From: an uncultured Trueperaceae bacterium
GTDB lineage: Bacteria > Deinococcota > Deinococci > Deinococcales > Trueperaceae
Length of the DNA: 64,000 bases
Reading direction: 5' to 3'
Assembly (NCBI GenBank): GCA_963799485.1
Contig: CAWCXJ010000006.1
Location: 1-64,000, forward strand
The notes beneath the pieces are model-generated. The model was not told where the DNA came from. It did no database searches and was given only the letters and a program-made list of their open reading frames with translations. The position numbers and the translations under genes were made by a program. Of this stretch, positions 52,697 through 63,762 are shown piece after piece; position 1 is the stretch's first letter, and every line of letters starts with the position of its first letter.

Positions 52697-54290
52697 TCAG
52701 CCCACACCTTCTTGCAACAGCCGCACCGCCGCTGTTGCTCCCGGCGACACTAGGGCGGTAATTTCATCCCCGGCCTCGAGCACCGTGTCCGCCGTGACGA
52801 CCCGTTCGGTCAGCGCCCGTTTGAGCGTCACCAAAATGCAGCCGTTCGGAAGTCCTAGCGTCCTCACCGCTTCGCCGTCAAAAGGTGAACCGGGTTGTAC
52901 CGTCAGCGTCAAGAGAAGCGCACCTTCGTCAGCGACGGGTACCGCGTCTGCTGGCACGTCGCGCTTGAGTTCGCGGGCTAGAGAGCGCTTCGTAAACGGG
53001 CGGTACGCCGAACCCTTCGGCGACCGCATACGCCGTAAAACACGCGAGCATTAAAGGCAGCATCTGCCCGTAGTTGCCGGTCATCTCGACGATAAGCACC
53101 AGACCCGTCAGGGGTGCCCGGACGACCCCCGTAAAAAGCGCCGCCATGCCGACGACCGCGAGCGCTTCGGGATTGATACCGAGCTGCGGAAAACCCATTT
53201 GCGACACCACGCCCAAACCCGTACCGAGCAGCGCCCCGAGCACGAGAATCGGCGCGAAGATACCCCCGGGCGTGCCGATGGCGTAGCTGCCGAGCGTCAA
53301 GACGTAGCGCAGCAGCAAAAGCGGCACGATGGCGATGAGCAGGGTGCGACCGGCGAGCGTCTGTTCGATCAAACCGTCACCGGCGCTGATAACGCCCGGA
53401 AAAAAGATACCGATAGCTGCGACGATGCCGCCGACGCCTGCCGCCGTCACGAGCGGGTTGAAAGGAATCTTGGCGACACCGTCTAGGGTCAAGAGGAGTC
53501 CTTGAGTAAAGGCGATGCTGACAAGACCCGCGAGCGCCCCGAGAACCGGATAGAGAAACAGGGTGCTGAGGGCGGGCGCGGCGTAAAAAGGGATGTCGTA
53601 AACGGGCTGCTGACCGTTGGCCAGGCGCGTCACCACGTCGGCAATCACCGAGGCGATGAGCGCCGCGCCGAAAACGTTCGGGGTAAAGCCGCGCTGGATT
53701 TCCTCGAGCACAAACACCACACCCGCCAAGGGCGCGTTAAACGCGGCGGCGAGGCCCGCACCGCTGCCCGCAGCAATCAGCGCCAGCCGTTCACCGGGAT
53801 TGCTCCGAAAAAACCTTGCCAGCGCCGACCCGAGCGCGCCGCCCATCTGCACCGTCGGCCCCTCGCGCCCGAGCGCCAGCCCGCCGCCGATAGCGAGCAC
53901 CCCACCGACGAACTTGACGGGTAAAAGCCGCCCCGGATTGAGACTCCGCAACCGGTAAAAAACCGCCTTGAGGTGCGGAATGCCGCTCCCGACCGCTTCA
54001 GGTGCAAAACGACGGACTAGAAAAACTGCCAGTGCCGCGCTTCCGGCTCCCCACAAAACGCTTGGCAGCCAGCCCCAGAAGTATTCGTGCGCGTAACTCC
54101 CCAAAACCCCGCGCAAAGCTGTACTCGCTTCCAAAAACCAGCGAAACGCCACGGCTAAAAGTCCGGTTCCGAGCCCCAACAGCGCCGCACGTGGGTAAAC
54201 CCGCCGCCGCTGCGTCCGCATCGCCAGGTAGGTGCGGATTTCGCGGTCGGCGCGGCGGGCGTTCGGGTCTAGCGGAGGCTTCGTTGCCAT
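52697..54290 (-). pseudogene. clcA: ClC H+/Cl- antiporter with C-terminal TrkA-C domain, one frameshift near 52980 (possibly assembly error)
   Basis: GSGIP, GREGPTVQ, AAFNAPLAG, GGIFAP, P.YEAL; -1 frame continues LARELKR...PGSPFDGE..RTLGLP..C.LV (TrkA-C). Confidence 0.88.
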
Positions 54291-54419
54291 CAGTGCATCA
54301 TAAGCCGTTCTACAGCGCCTTAACAGGGTGTTTTACCCGCCGGGCCTACGCCGAACCAGTGAACAGGCTAAAATGCGGATGGTTTTTTGCTACTCAACAT
54401 TTAGCTGATGGAGGCTGAA

Positions 54420-55355
54420 ATGACGTTAGCAGGCAAAGTGGCGGTCGTTGCCGGGGCGACGCGCGGCGCAGGGCGCGGTATCGCCGTAGAACTCGGCGCA
54501 GCGGGCGCAACCGTCTACTGCACGGGCCGCAGCGTGCGCGGGCGTCCGTCGGACATGAACCGCTCTGAAACCATCGACGAGACCGCCGAGCTGGTGACAA
54601 AAGCCGGGGGTCGAGGTATCGCAGTGCAGACCGACCACACGCACGAAACGGAGGTCAAAGCCCTTTTTGAGCGCGTCAAAACCGAGCAAAACGGGCAGCT
54701 CGACCTGTTGGTCAACGATGTCTGGGGCGGCGAGTCGCTTATCAGCTGGGGCAAGCCGTTTTGGGAACAGGACTTGGCAGCGGCGGCGAAGCTCATTGAA
54801 CGTGCCGTTTTCAGCCACATCATCACCAGCCGTTACGGGGTACCGCCGATGGTTGCGCGAGGCCGGGGACTCATCATCGAGATTACCGACGGGGACACCT
54901 TGGAGTACCGGGGCAACTTTTTGTACGACTTTGTAAAAACGTCGGTGATTCGCTTGGCGGTCGGGATGGCGGCTGACCTAAGTGGCAACACGACAACCGC
55001 CTCAGGTAGAGATGTTGCACAGCCCAAAACGAACGTCACAGCGTTGGCGCTGACGCCGGGATATTTGCGTTCGGAGGAGATGTTAGACCACTTCGGCGTC
55101 ACAGAAGAAAACTGGCAAGACGGCGCGAAAAAAGACCCATATTTTATTACATCAGAAACGCCTCTTTATACGGGGCGGGCAGTTGCAGCATTAGCAGCTG
55201 ATTCAAAGGTACACGAGAAAACAGGCAAGGCTTTTTACACGGGTAACTTGGCTACCGAGTACGGTTTTACGGATACAAACGGAACTCAACCCAACTTTCA
55301 AACTTTTTTCAAAGAGATGAAGCTTAAAGAGCCGGCGCTAGGGCAGGCTGAGTGA
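54420..55355 (+). CDS. SDR family oxidoreductase
   Basis: VAGATRGAGRGIA, LDLLVND, YDFVK; SD GGAGG. Confidence 0.9.
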   Translation: MTLAGKVAVVAGATRGAGRGIAVELGAAGATVYCTGRSVRGRPSDMNRSETIDETAELVTKAGGRGIAVQTDHTHETEVKALFERVKTEQNGQLDLLVNDVWGGESLISWGKPFWEQDLAAAAKLIERAVFSHIITSRYGVPPMVARGRGLIIEITDGDTLEYRGNFLYDFVKTSVIRLAVGMAADLSGNTTTASGRDVAQPKTNVTALALTPGYLRSEEMLDHFGVTEENWQDGAKKDPYFITSETPLYTGRAVAALAADSKVHEKTGKAFYTGNLATEYGFTDTNGTQPNFQTFFKEMKLKEPALGQAE

Positions 55356-55386
55356 GACCGCTCGAGCCGCTCGGAAATCCCGTAGG

Positions 55387-55755
55387 TTACTCGAGTTCTC
55401 CCCGCGTAAACCACGCCGCTTCCGGTTCGACCGTTTCGGCAACGGCGGGGCCGGTGTCGCTCCACGCCTGATTGTCCAGCGTCATCAGCGCCGTAACTTC
55501 CATATCGTGGTCGCACAAAAGCTGACACGACAAGCGGTATTCCGGCGCGTTGCTACCGGCGAGACCCAGCTTGGCAAACTCGGCTTTGGTGTATGTGTCC
55601 GGTTCACCCGAGGCGAACGTGACGCGGCAGGTGGTGCAGCGCGCCTTGCCGCCGCAGCGGTGCCCGATAGGAACGCCCGCAGCTTCTATAGCCCGGACGA
55701 GGCGCATATCTTCTGAAACCTCGAGGCTTTGACCCGCAACTTTAAGTGTCGGCAT
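55387..55755 (-). CDS. 2Fe-2S ferredoxin
   Basis: HRCGGKARCTTC...RLSCQ. Confidence 0.9.
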   Translation of the reverse strand: MPTLKVAGQSLEVSEDMRLVRAIEAAGVPIGHRCGGKARCTTCRVTFASGEPDTYTKAEFAKLGLAGSNAPEYRLSCQLLCDHDMEVTALMTLDNQAWSDTGPAVAETVEPEAAWFTRGELE

Positions 55756-55762
55756 AGTTCTC

Positions 55763-56536
55763 CTATTCGGACTGCGAGGCCCACAAAGTAGCCCCGACGA
55801 TACCCGCTTCGTTGAGCAGCTCCGCCGGAACGACGGGCGTCTCGAGTTTCAAAAACTCCGCAAATTTCTCGCTCTTTTTGCTGACGCCGCCGCCCAGAAT
55901 AAACAGGTCGGGCGAGAAGATGAACTCGAGGTGTTCCAGAAACTTGTTTACCCGTTTGCCCCATTTTTTCCACGAGAGGTCGTCGTCTTTACGTACCCGG
56001 TCGGCAGCCCACGCTTCGGCCTCCTGGCCTCCCTCTAAAAACAGGTGTCCGAACTCGGTGTTCGGGACGAGCTTGCCGTCCTGAAGCATTGCGCTGCCGA
56101 TGCCGGTACCGAACGTCAGGAGGATAACGACGCCCTCTTTGCCTTTGCCCGCACCGAAAGTCGCCTCGGCGATGCCGGCGGCGTCGGCGTCGTTTAAGAG
56201 ATGAACTTCGCAACCGGTCGTTTCGGTAAAGAGTGCGTCGGCGTCGAAACCGATCCAGCTTTTATCGACGTTCGCCGCCGAGAGCGTGACGCCGCGTTTG
56301 ACGATAGCCGGGAAGGTGCAGCCGACGACCCCCTTGTAATCAAAGAACTTGACGACTTCGGCGACCGTTTCGGCGACGGCTCCAGGGGTCGAGGGTTGCG
56401 GGGTCTCGATGCGGTGGCGCTCGGTTACGAGGTCGCCGGTGCCCGGGTCGACGAGCGCCCCCTTGATGCCCGAGCCGCCGATGTCGATACCGAGGAGCGG
56501 TTGCGTGTCTTTGGAGGATGCCTTTTTACGAGCCAC
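55763..56536 (-). CDS. ppgK: Polyphosphate glucokinase (ROK family)
   Basis: [42 protein letters not shown]; start at GTG 56536 after CATAAT-N6. Confidence 0.9.
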   Translation of the reverse strand: MARKKASSKDTQPLLGIDIGGSGIKGALVDPGTGDLVTERHRIETPQPSTPGAVAETVAEVVKFFDYKGVVGCTFPAIVKRGVTLSAANVDKSWIGFDADALFTETTGCEVHLLNDADAAGIAEATFGAGKGKEGVVILLTFGTGIGSAMLQDGKLVPNTEFGHLFLEGGQEAEAWAADRVRKDDDLSWKKWGKRVNKFLEHLEFIFSPDLFILGGGVSKKSEKFAEFLKLETPVVPAELLNEAGIVGATLWASQSE

Positions 56537-56698
56537 AGGAACATTATGCCTTATTCGCGGCGTGCCCGGTACAGGCCAGGACGTTTTTACGTGACGGACG
56601 CGCCCCAGGTCGTTCTTTGGGCAAGCTGTGGTGGCGAGTGCAAGGTAAGGCAACGTCCGGGGCGGCGCGTCCCCGTAAAGTAAGCCCTGGAGGGCAAG

Positions 56699-57511
56699 AT
56701 GAAATACGTCAACGTTCAAGGGGTGTCGGTGCCGGCGCTCGGTTTGGGTACCTGGGATTTGCGCGGCGAAAACTGTACCGAAGCGGTTTTGCACGCGCTT
56801 TCGCTCGGTTACCGGCACATCGATACGGCGCAAGGCTACGACAACGAAGAGTTTGTCGGCGAAGGGTTGCAAAAAGCCGGTATTTCCCGCGAAGAGATTT
56901 TTTTGGTAACGAAGATCAAACCGGACAACTTCAGCCGTGAACAGGTACTTGTCAGCACCGCCGAAAGCCTCGGCAAGCTGCAGACCGACTATGTAGACCT
57001 GCTGCTGCTGCACTGGCCCAACCCGGACGTACCACTGGGTGAAACGCTGGGGGCAGTTTTAGAGTTGCGCGAACAGGGTGCAGTGCGGCATATCGGCGTC
57101 AGCAACTTTCCCTCGAGGCTGGTGGGCGAAGCTCAGGAAATCGCGCCCATCTTTGCCAATCAGGTCGAGTATCACCCGTATTTGGGGCAAGAAGTGTTGC
57201 GCGAGCAGGCGAAAACGCAAGACTATCTGCTGACCGCTTACAGCCCCATCGCGCAAGGTAAGGTCACGGGCGACCCGGTACTTGAAGAAATCGGTGAGGC
57301 GCACGGCAAAAGTCCGGTTCAGGTGACGCTGCGCTGGCTGCTGCAGCAAGACCAGGTGGCGGCCATTCCCAAGTCCGCGTCGGAGAAAAATCGCGTCAGC
57401 AATTTTGAGATTTTCGACTTTGAACTTTCCGAAGGCGAGATGGCGCGTATCTTCGCTTTGGCGCGTGCTGAGCGGATGGTTGCGCCGGAGGACGGGCCGG
57501 ACTGGGATTAG
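56699..57511 (+). CDS. Aldo/keto reductase
   Basis: [41 protein letters not shown]. Confidence 0.93.
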   Translation: MKYVNVQGVSVPALGLGTWDLRGENCTEAVLHALSLGYRHIDTAQGYDNEEFVGEGLQKAGISREEIFLVTKIKPDNFSREQVLVSTAESLGKLQTDYVDLLLLHWPNPDVPLGETLGAVLELREQGAVRHIGVSNFPSRLVGEAQEIAPIFANQVEYHPYLGQEVLREQAKTQDYLLTAYSPIAQGKVTGDPVLEEIGEAHGKSPVQVTLRWLLQQDQVAAIPKSASEKNRVSNFEIFDFELSEGEMARIFALARAERMVAPEDGPDWD

Positions 57512-57550
57512 CCGGGGTTAAACGTCGAAAGCCGGGGCTCGAGTCCTGCT

Positions 57551-57907
57551 TTAGTGCGGGTTCTCGAGCTTTAGCGGTGCTTCGACCTTTAGGTCGGGAG
57601 CGCGTGAATCTTGAATCACCTGATGAACCTCCAGCACGTTGCGCCCGGAAAACGCCTCTTTCGGCAGGGTACTGCTCTTGGCGTGCCCTTCACGAAACGC
57701 CTCAGAACTCGTCCACGTTTCAAAACTCGCGTAAGACTCCCAATAAGTGAGGACGATGTACGGTTGACCCGCGCTACTTGGACGCAGCACCTGATTAAAC
57801 AAAAACCCCGGCATACTGTCGACGAGTCCGGCACGGTTGGCAAAACGTTCTTCAAAGGCTTCGGCGTAGTCGGGATTGACGAAAATGCGGTTGGCGACGC
57901 TGATCAC
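57551..57907 (-). CDS. Antibiotic biosynthesis monooxygenase family (IsdG/HmoA-like)
   Basis: NRI.V......FEERF..R....PGF, WES...F..W..SEAF...H. Confidence 0.85.
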   Translation of the reverse strand: MISVANRIFVNPDYAEAFEERFANRAGLVDSMPGFLFNQVLRPSSAGQPYIVLTYWESYASFETWTSSEAFREGHAKSSTLPKEAFSGRNVLEVHQVIQDSRAPDLKVEAPLKLENPH

Positions 57908-58165
57908 AAGAACCTCCAGAACTTTAGCGTAGCACTGATTTTCTGTGCCTGAGCACTTTTACGACGAACCGTTGCCGCTCAGGGTCGGCTTCAGGGTGTG
58001 CCGGTTCTCACGGGGCTGTAAGTTAAGGGAAACTCGACGTTTCGGTAAGCACTCAAGACCGGAATCAGCTCAACAGAAAGACAACCCCCAAACTTCTACC
58101 GACAAGTTCAGGGTGACGTGTATAAGGTTTGGGCTCGAGCTGGCTTCAGGCTGTAGACTAAAATC

Positions 58166-59140
58166 GTGCCGGACGAACCTACTCAGCCGCAGGTAGCAAA
58201 ATCCTGCTGCGCGGTTTCTCGAGCCGCCGGCGACGTTCAGGTTCCTGCTAACGCCGCGCCGACACCTATTAAAGCGCGGAGCCGACTGGCAGAAGGCACT
58301 ACCGACATGGTGCAGCTTCCGGGCGGACGTTTTCTGATGGGTAGCGAAGACGACAGCTTTCCAGGAGACGGCGAAGGTCCGGTTCGTGAGGTTACGCTCA
58401 GACCCTTCTGGATCGACCGCTACGCCGTCACCAACGCTGCCTTTGCCGAGTTCGTCGAAGCGACAGGTTATCAGACCGAGGCGGAACACTTCGGCTGGTC
58501 GTTCGTTTTTTACGGCCTTTTGCCCGAGGACTTTCCGCCGACGCGCGGCGTCGCGCAAACCCCGTGGTGGCGACAGGTTTACGGCGCAAGCTGGGCGCGT
58601 CCGGAAGGGCCACAATCTTCTGTAAATAAGCGCCTCGACCATCCGGTCGTCCACGTTTCGTGGAACGACGCGGCGGCGTATGCAAGGTGGCTGGGTAAAC
58701 GGCTGCCGACCGAGGCCGAATGGGAGTTTGCCGCGCGGGGCGGTTTGGAAGGCAAACGCTATCCGTGGGGCGACCGGCTCACGCCGGACAAAAAACACCG
58801 CTGTAACATCTGGCAGGGGACGTTTCCGACAAAAAATACCGGCAAAGACGGATTTTACGGGACTGCGCCGGTTGACGCGTTCGAGCCGAACGGCTACGGA
58901 CTCTATAACGCGGTCGGCAACACCTGGGAGTGGTGCCGGGACTTCTGGAGCCCGGACTATCGCCTCGGCGGTGCCTGTGAAAACCCGTCAGGGCCGCCCG
59001 CAGGAGCAACGAGAGTCGTCAAGGGTGGGTCGCACCTTTGTCACGCGTCGTATTGCAACCGTTACCGCGTTGCGGCCCGGACGCACAACACGCCGGACAG
59101 CACACTCGGGCACACGGGGTTTCGGCTGGTACGCAGTTAA
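58166..59140 (+). CDS. Formylglycine-generating enzyme (sulfatase-modifying factor)
   Basis: HPVVHVSWNDA, RLPTEAEWE.AARGG, GNTWEW, GGSHLCHASYCNRYRVAAR (both catalytic Cys). Confidence 0.92.
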   Translation: MPDEPTQPQVAKSCCAVSRAAGDVQVPANAAPTPIKARSRLAEGTTDMVQLPGGRFLMGSEDDSFPGDGEGPVREVTLRPFWIDRYAVTNAAFAEFVEATGYQTEAEHFGWSFVFYGLLPEDFPPTRGVAQTPWWRQVYGASWARPEGPQSSVNKRLDHPVVHVSWNDAAAYARWLGKRLPTEAEWEFAARGGLEGKRYPWGDRLTPDKKHRCNIWQGTFPTKNTGKDGFYGTAPVDAFEPNGYGLYNAVGNTWEWCRDFWSPDYRLGGACENPSGPPAGATRVVKGGSHLCHASYCNRYRVAARTHNTPDSTLGHTGFRLVRS

Positions 59141-60072
59141 CTCCGAGCTTCGGCGAGCGCTCTCTCGGCTTCTGCCAACGTTGGTTGATAGGTCGTGCCG
59201 CCCGCGCCGCGCGCCGAAAGCGAACCGCACGCACAGGCAAGTCTTAGAGAACGCTCGAGCGCCCATCCCCCAAGGTACCCGTACAAAAAGCCGGCGTTAA
59301 ACGAATCACCCGCCCCGGTGGTATCGACGATTTCGACTTTCAGGGGCGGAGCCGTCACGCTCTGCTCACCCTGCCGCGCCACTGCGCCCTGCGCGCCTGC
59401 TTTGACGGCAATCGTCGGTACTTGTACGCCCAGAGTAGCCAACGCAGCCTCGAGTTCTGCTTGCCCGGTAATTTTGAGCAATTCTTGTTCGTTCGGCAAA
59501 AATACGTCGCAAACCGGCCAGAGCTTTGTCAAACCAGTGTCCCAGCGCCCGCTCGGGTCCCAGTTGGTATCTAACGAAGTGCTAAGGCCCTGCGCTTTGG
59601 CCCGCCCGAACAGCTCGGGCAGGTCGCGGCGGAGCGACTCGAGGAGAAAATAGCCACCGACATGAAGGTGGCGGGCGCGGGCCAGCACCTTCATGTCAAT
59701 GTCGCCGAGGCCGAGCCTGGCGATACTTCCGGGAAAGGTCAGGATGGCGCGGTCGGCGGGTTGCGAGAGGATGACGCTAAACCCCGTTTGTACCGAAGTG
59801 TCTACTTGGCAGCTCGCGGTGTCGATACCTCGAGCGCGCATCGCGTCCAGCATAAAGCGACCGAATATGTCGTCCCCGACAACCCCGGTAAATGCGGTTC
59901 GAAGCCCCAAACGCGCCGCGCCGCAGGCGACCATCACCGACGATGAGCCGATAGTGAGTAGGGCGTCGTCAACGAGCTTTTCAGCCTGCCCGAAGGCGGG
60001 CGTCAGGTCACCGCCGCGCAAGATGAGGTCGGGGTTGATTTCACCAACGACGAGGAGGTCGTACTCAAGCAT
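59137..60072 (-). CDS. PfkB family carbohydrate kinase
   Basis: VGDDIFG, FLPNEQE, DTTGAGDSFNAG; SD AAGGAG. Confidence 0.92.
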   Translation of the reverse strand: MLEYDLLVVGEINPDLILRGGDLTPAFGQAEKLVDDALLTIGSSSVMVACGAARLGLRTAFTGVVGDDIFGRFMLDAMRARGIDTASCQVDTSVQTGFSVILSQPADRAILTFPGSIARLGLGDIDMKVLARARHLHVGGYFLLESLRRDLPELFGRAKAQGLSTSLDTNWDPSGRWDTGLTKLWPVCDVFLPNEQELLKITGQAELEAALATLGVQVPTIAVKAGAQGAVARQGEQSVTAPPLKVEIVDTTGAGDSFNAGFLYGYLGGWALERSLRLACACGSLSARGAGGTTYQPTLAEAERALAEARS

Positions 60073-60109
60073 TACCAAGTCTCCTTTTGAAATCGTCACC
60101 TAAAAAGTC

Positions 60110-60506
60110 CCGGCACCCGCTCGAGAAGTTGTACTGCCAGCGCCGCTGCTTGGCTGCCGCGCCGTCTACAACTGTCCGCCGCAAGGTGTAGCTACCTGTA
60201 AAATGCCGCGCTCCGCCGGTCGTGGGCTGAGATAGTGACCGGGACGGTGACGTATCTCGAGCCCGCCGCCCCCTCCACCCGCCCCGGTTTGCCGACCTTT
60301 ACGGCGACGCGCGCCGTTTCTGCAAAGCCCGCCGTAAACTCTCTAAACGTCTGCCCACTCGCCGCGCCGTTTCCGCTCCACAAGTTGTAAGCCTGCCGAA
60401 ACTTATGAGCGTTGATGGCGGTGTAGTAGCTTTGGATGACGGCGACGGGTGAGGTTAGAGGCGTGGGGCTCGAGGTCACAGATACTTGGGACACTGGGGT
60501 ACACAT
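60110..60506 (-). pseudogene. Fragmented hypothetical (exported-type) protein
   Basis: YYTAINAHKFRQAYNLW...EGAAGSRYVTVPV; after a frameshift near 60215 a second frame reads HFTGSYTLRRTVVDGAAAKQRRW; no clear start. Confidence 0.5.
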
Positions 60507-60573
60507 CCAAAACTGAGTACGGAAAAAAGCAGACCGAAAAGCGTGTTCATCCCGGTATGTTAGCGCCTCGACC

Positions 60574-61905
60574 CTAAGCGTTCACTCTTTCCGGCTCCGG
60601 GTTCATAAACGCCGGTAAGTACGCCTTTTGCGCCGCCGCCATCTCGTCAAACATGCTGCGGATTTCCTCTAACGAACAAACCGCCGCCGTCAGCGGGTCA
60701 ATCATCAGGGCGTGAACGGCGGCTTCGCGGTCTCCCTCCAAAACTGCGGTCGCCACCAGGTCGTGAAACGCCATGTGCGGCTGGTCTAAGGCCGCCAGAT
60801 GCGTCGGCAGTGAGCCGAAATGCGTCGGTTGCACACCTTTCTTATCCACCAGACACGCCACCTCGACCACGCCTTGCGGCAAATTATCGATCAGGCCGGT
60901 GTTCGGCACGTTGCCGTAAATCACCTGCGGTTTGCCCGTTTCCATACTTTCGATGATGTACGACGCATATTCGGGGCCACGCGCCATGTCGAAGTCTTCT
61001 CTGCCTGCCATCGCGCTTTCCAACTCGTGAAGGTATTCTTCTCTCCACCTCGGCCAGTTGTTCGCGTAGTAGCCGCTCTCGCCCTCGTAGCCGCTCCGCA
61101 TGTACTTTTCGATGAGGTCGGGGCGTTTACGAAAGTAGGCGGTGTATTCGGACGTATGCCCGCTCGATTCGGTGACGAACGCGCCCAGGTGTTTCATCAT
61201 CTCGAAGCGCACCGGGTCGCGTTCGTAGATTTCGGGGTGTTGTTTGATGCGTTCCCGTAAAACAGGGTAGAGGTCTTGTCCGGCGCGCCCCAACCTCACA
61301 ATCCACGCCAGATGATTGATCCCCGCCCCCTGCCAGTCGATCTCTTCGTAAGGGATATCCAAGTATTCGGCGAGCTGATGCGTCGTGTGCTGAATGCTGT
61401 GGCAGAGTCCGACAATCGGCAATTTTGATGCTCTCACGCCGGTTAAAACGGTTAGTGACATCGGGTTGGTGTAGTTCAGCACCAGCGCGTTCGGTGCGAG
61501 CCTTTCGGTGTCCCGTAAAATCTCTATCCAGGCGGGCAACGTCCGCAAAGCCTTGAATAAACCCCCCGGCCCGATGGTGTCGCCGATGCACTGGTCAACG
61601 CCGTACTTTAACGGAATGTCGTAGTCGTGCCGGACGTTTTCCAGCCCCGAAACCTCAACCGAGTTAATCAGATAATCCGTACCGGGCAAGAGTTTCGTTC
61701 TATCGGTTGAGGCTTCGACGTTCCAGTTGCGACCCGTTTTGCTGACGAGCCACTCGGTCATCTTGTGAGCGACCTCGAGCCTACTTTCGTCTATATCAAC
61801 TAAGGCAAACGTTCCGGTCTCGAGTCCCGGCGTCGCCAGAATGTCTTTGATAATTTCGGCAGCAAATACAGCGCTGCCTGCGCCTATGAGCGTTACTTTG
61901 GGCAT
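60574..61905 (-). CDS. melA: GH4 NAD+-dependent alpha-galactosidase/glucosidase
   Basis: LIGAGSAVF, DIPLKYG, DTIGPGG, LNYTNP, GLCHS, GINH. Confidence 0.9.
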   Translation of the reverse strand: MPKVTLIGAGSAVFAAEIIKDILATPGLETGTFALVDIDESRLEVAHKMTEWLVSKTGRNWNVEASTDRTKLLPGTDYLINSVEVSGLENVRHDYDIPLKYGVDQCIGDTIGPGGLFKALRTLPAWIEILRDTERLAPNALVLNYTNPMSLTVLTGVRASKLPIVGLCHSIQHTTHQLAEYLDIPYEEIDWQGAGINHLAWIVRLGRAGQDLYPVLRERIKQHPEIYERDPVRFEMMKHLGAFVTESSGHTSEYTAYFRKRPDLIEKYMRSGYEGESGYYANNWPRWREEYLHELESAMAGREDFDMARGPEYASYIIESMETGKPQVIYGNVPNTGLIDNLPQGVVEVACLVDKKGVQPTHFGSLPTHLAALDQPHMAFHDLVATAVLEGDREAAVHALMIDPLTAAVCSLEEIRSMFDEMAAAQKAYLPAFMNPEPERVNA

Positions 61906-61999
61906 GAGGTTCCTTTCAGAAGTTAGGAGGAAGAAGGGAGAATACAGAATGCAGAATTGAGACTTTTACGTTCTCCCTCCTGTGTTCTACATTCTGCTT

Positions 62000-62830
62000 T
62001 TACTTCACCCCCGAGAGCGCAATCCCTTCGATAAACTGCTTTTGTGCGAAGAAAAAGACAATCACAATCGGCGCGATGCTGACCGTCACGCCCGCCATCA
62101 TCACCGCCCAGCGCCCGCTGTACTGCGCCTGAAAGAGTGCCAGCCCGACGGGTAGGGTGGTCTTCTCCAAATCGCTCGGCAGGTAGATTAGGGGGCCGAA
62201 GAGGTCGTTCCACGAGAACAAGAAGGTAAAAATCGCCAGCGCCGCCAGCGCCGGACGTGCCAGCGGCAGGTAGATACGCCAGTAGATTGTCCACAGCGAC
62301 GCGCCGTCAATCCGGGCCGCTTCTGCGAGTTCGCCGGGAATCGTCAGAAAGTATTGCCGTAAAAGAAACGTCCCGAACGCGCCGCCTAAAAATGCGGGTA
62401 GGTACAAGGGAATCTGCGTACCGTAAAGCCCCAAAAAGCGGTAGATGATGAAGTTGGGAATCAAGGTCACCTGAAAGGGGATCATCAGCGTCACCAGCAG
62501 CAAGACGAAGAGCGCGTTACGGCCCCGAAACTTTACGGCGGCAAAGGCGAAGCCCGCCATCGAACAGGTTAAAAGTTGGCCCAGCGCCGAGAGCGAGGCG
62601 ATTTTGAAGCTGTTCCAGATAAGCCGGGTAAACGGGAGTGCGTCCCAGAGGCCGGTGTAGTTATCAAGCGTCACCGGGTCGGGGATGAGCGTGCGCGAGA
62701 ACTGGTCGGCGGGTTCTTTGAGCGACGTTGAAATCATCCACACGAACGGCCCAGCCATGATGAGTGCGCCAAAAATGAGAAGCGTGTAGGTTAGGGCGTC
62801 GAATAAGCGGTCTCGAGTTTTTATGCTCAC
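62000..62830 (-). CDS. Carbohydrate ABC transporter permease
   Basis: LAEAARIDGA, FSWNDLFGPL. Confidence 0.92.
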   Translation of the reverse strand: MSIKTRDRLFDALTYTLLIFGALIMAGPFVWMISTSLKEPADQFSRTLIPDPVTLDNYTGLWDALPFTRLIWNSFKIASLSALGQLLTCSMAGFAFAAVKFRGRNALFVLLLVTLMIPFQVTLIPNFIIYRFLGLYGTQIPLYLPAFLGGAFGTFLLRQYFLTIPGELAEAARIDGASLWTIYWRIYLPLARPALAALAIFTFLFSWNDLFGPLIYLPSDLEKTTLPVGLALFQAQYSGRWAVMMAGVTVSIAPIVIVFFFAQKQFIEGIALSGVK

Positions 62831-62831
62831 A

Positions 62832-63713
62832 TCACACCACCCAGCGCCGCTGAATGCGGAAATACACAAGCGTCAGGACGAAGATGATCAGCGCCAGCAC
62901 GATAGCTTGGGCGCTCGCTTGGCCCATGCGGAAGTAGTTGAAGCCGTTGCGGTAGATGGTAAAAACCAGGGTCGGGGTGGTGGAGCCACCGCTCGAGGTG
63001 CGCGTCAGGATATAGATGTATTCAAAAACCTGAAACGCGTTGATGGTCGAAATCACCGCCTGAAAAAAGATGCTCGGGACGATTAAAGGCAAGGTAACGT
63101 TGGTGAGCCGTTGCCACCCGCTTGCCCCGTCGAGTTTGGCGGCTTCGTAGTAATCACGTGGGACTGCTTGCAGTCCGGCTAAGAAGATAATCATCCCTTC
63201 ACCGATTGCACCCCAGATATTGACGACCGTGACCGAATAGAGCGCCATATCGCGGCCCAGCCAGCGCACCGGACTACCGCCCAGAGACGTGATGAGGGTG
63301 TTTAACAGCCCGTTGTCTTGCGCGTAAATCCACGTCCACAAAAGCCCGATGGCCACCGACGACGAGATGACCGGCAAAAAGAACAACACCCGAAAAAAGC
63401 TGACGCCGCGAATTTTACGGTTTAGGAGCAGCGCCACGATAAGCGACAAGACGATGACGCCGGGCACGTACATGGCGGCGAACTGCGTGGTGATGCGTAA
63501 GGACTGCAAAAAGAGCCGGTCGGTCGGCAGCGCCAGATAGTTTTGCAACCCGGCCCACGTCGGCGGCGTTAAGAGGTCCCACTCGAGCAAGCTGATAGCA
63601 GCGCTCGCTACAACCGAGCCGACCGCGCCGAACAGAAGCCCCAAGAGCGTCGGTGCGAGCAAGAGGAGCAGCCAGAGCCGCTCACGTCCCAGAGGTTTAA
63701 TCCCGCTCTGCAT
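62832..63713 (-). CDS. Carbohydrate ABC transporter permease
   Basis: IFLAGLQAVP..YYEAAKLDGA. Confidence 0.92.
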   Translation of the reverse strand: MQSGIKPLGRERLWLLLLLAPTLLGLLFGAVGSVVASAAISLLEWDLLTPPTWAGLQNYLALPTDRLFLQSLRITTQFAAMYVPGVIVLSLIVALLLNRKIRGVSFFRVLFFLPVISSSVAIGLLWTWIYAQDNGLLNTLITSLGGSPVRWLGRDMALYSVTVVNIWGAIGEGMIIFLAGLQAVPRDYYEAAKLDGASGWQRLTNVTLPLIVPSIFFQAVISTINAFQVFEYIYILTRTSSGGSTTPTLVFTIYRNGFNYFRMGQASAQAIVLALIIFVLTLVYFRIQRRWVV

Positions 63714-63762
63714 CGTGCCCTCTCGTACCTAAAGTGCTGTAATAGCCTGTCAACGTCAGCAG

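Noticed and set aside
56537..57013. 159-aa N-terminal extension of ppgK in the ORF track
   Set aside because: Antisense to the aldo/keto reductase; the ROK domain and a leaderless promoter define the start at 56536.
61925..62000. CAGAAT/ATTCTG short repeats between the permease and melA (and GTAAGA repeats at 22021-22045)
   Set aside because: Only a weak imperfect hairpin or low-complexity sequence; not enough to call an element.
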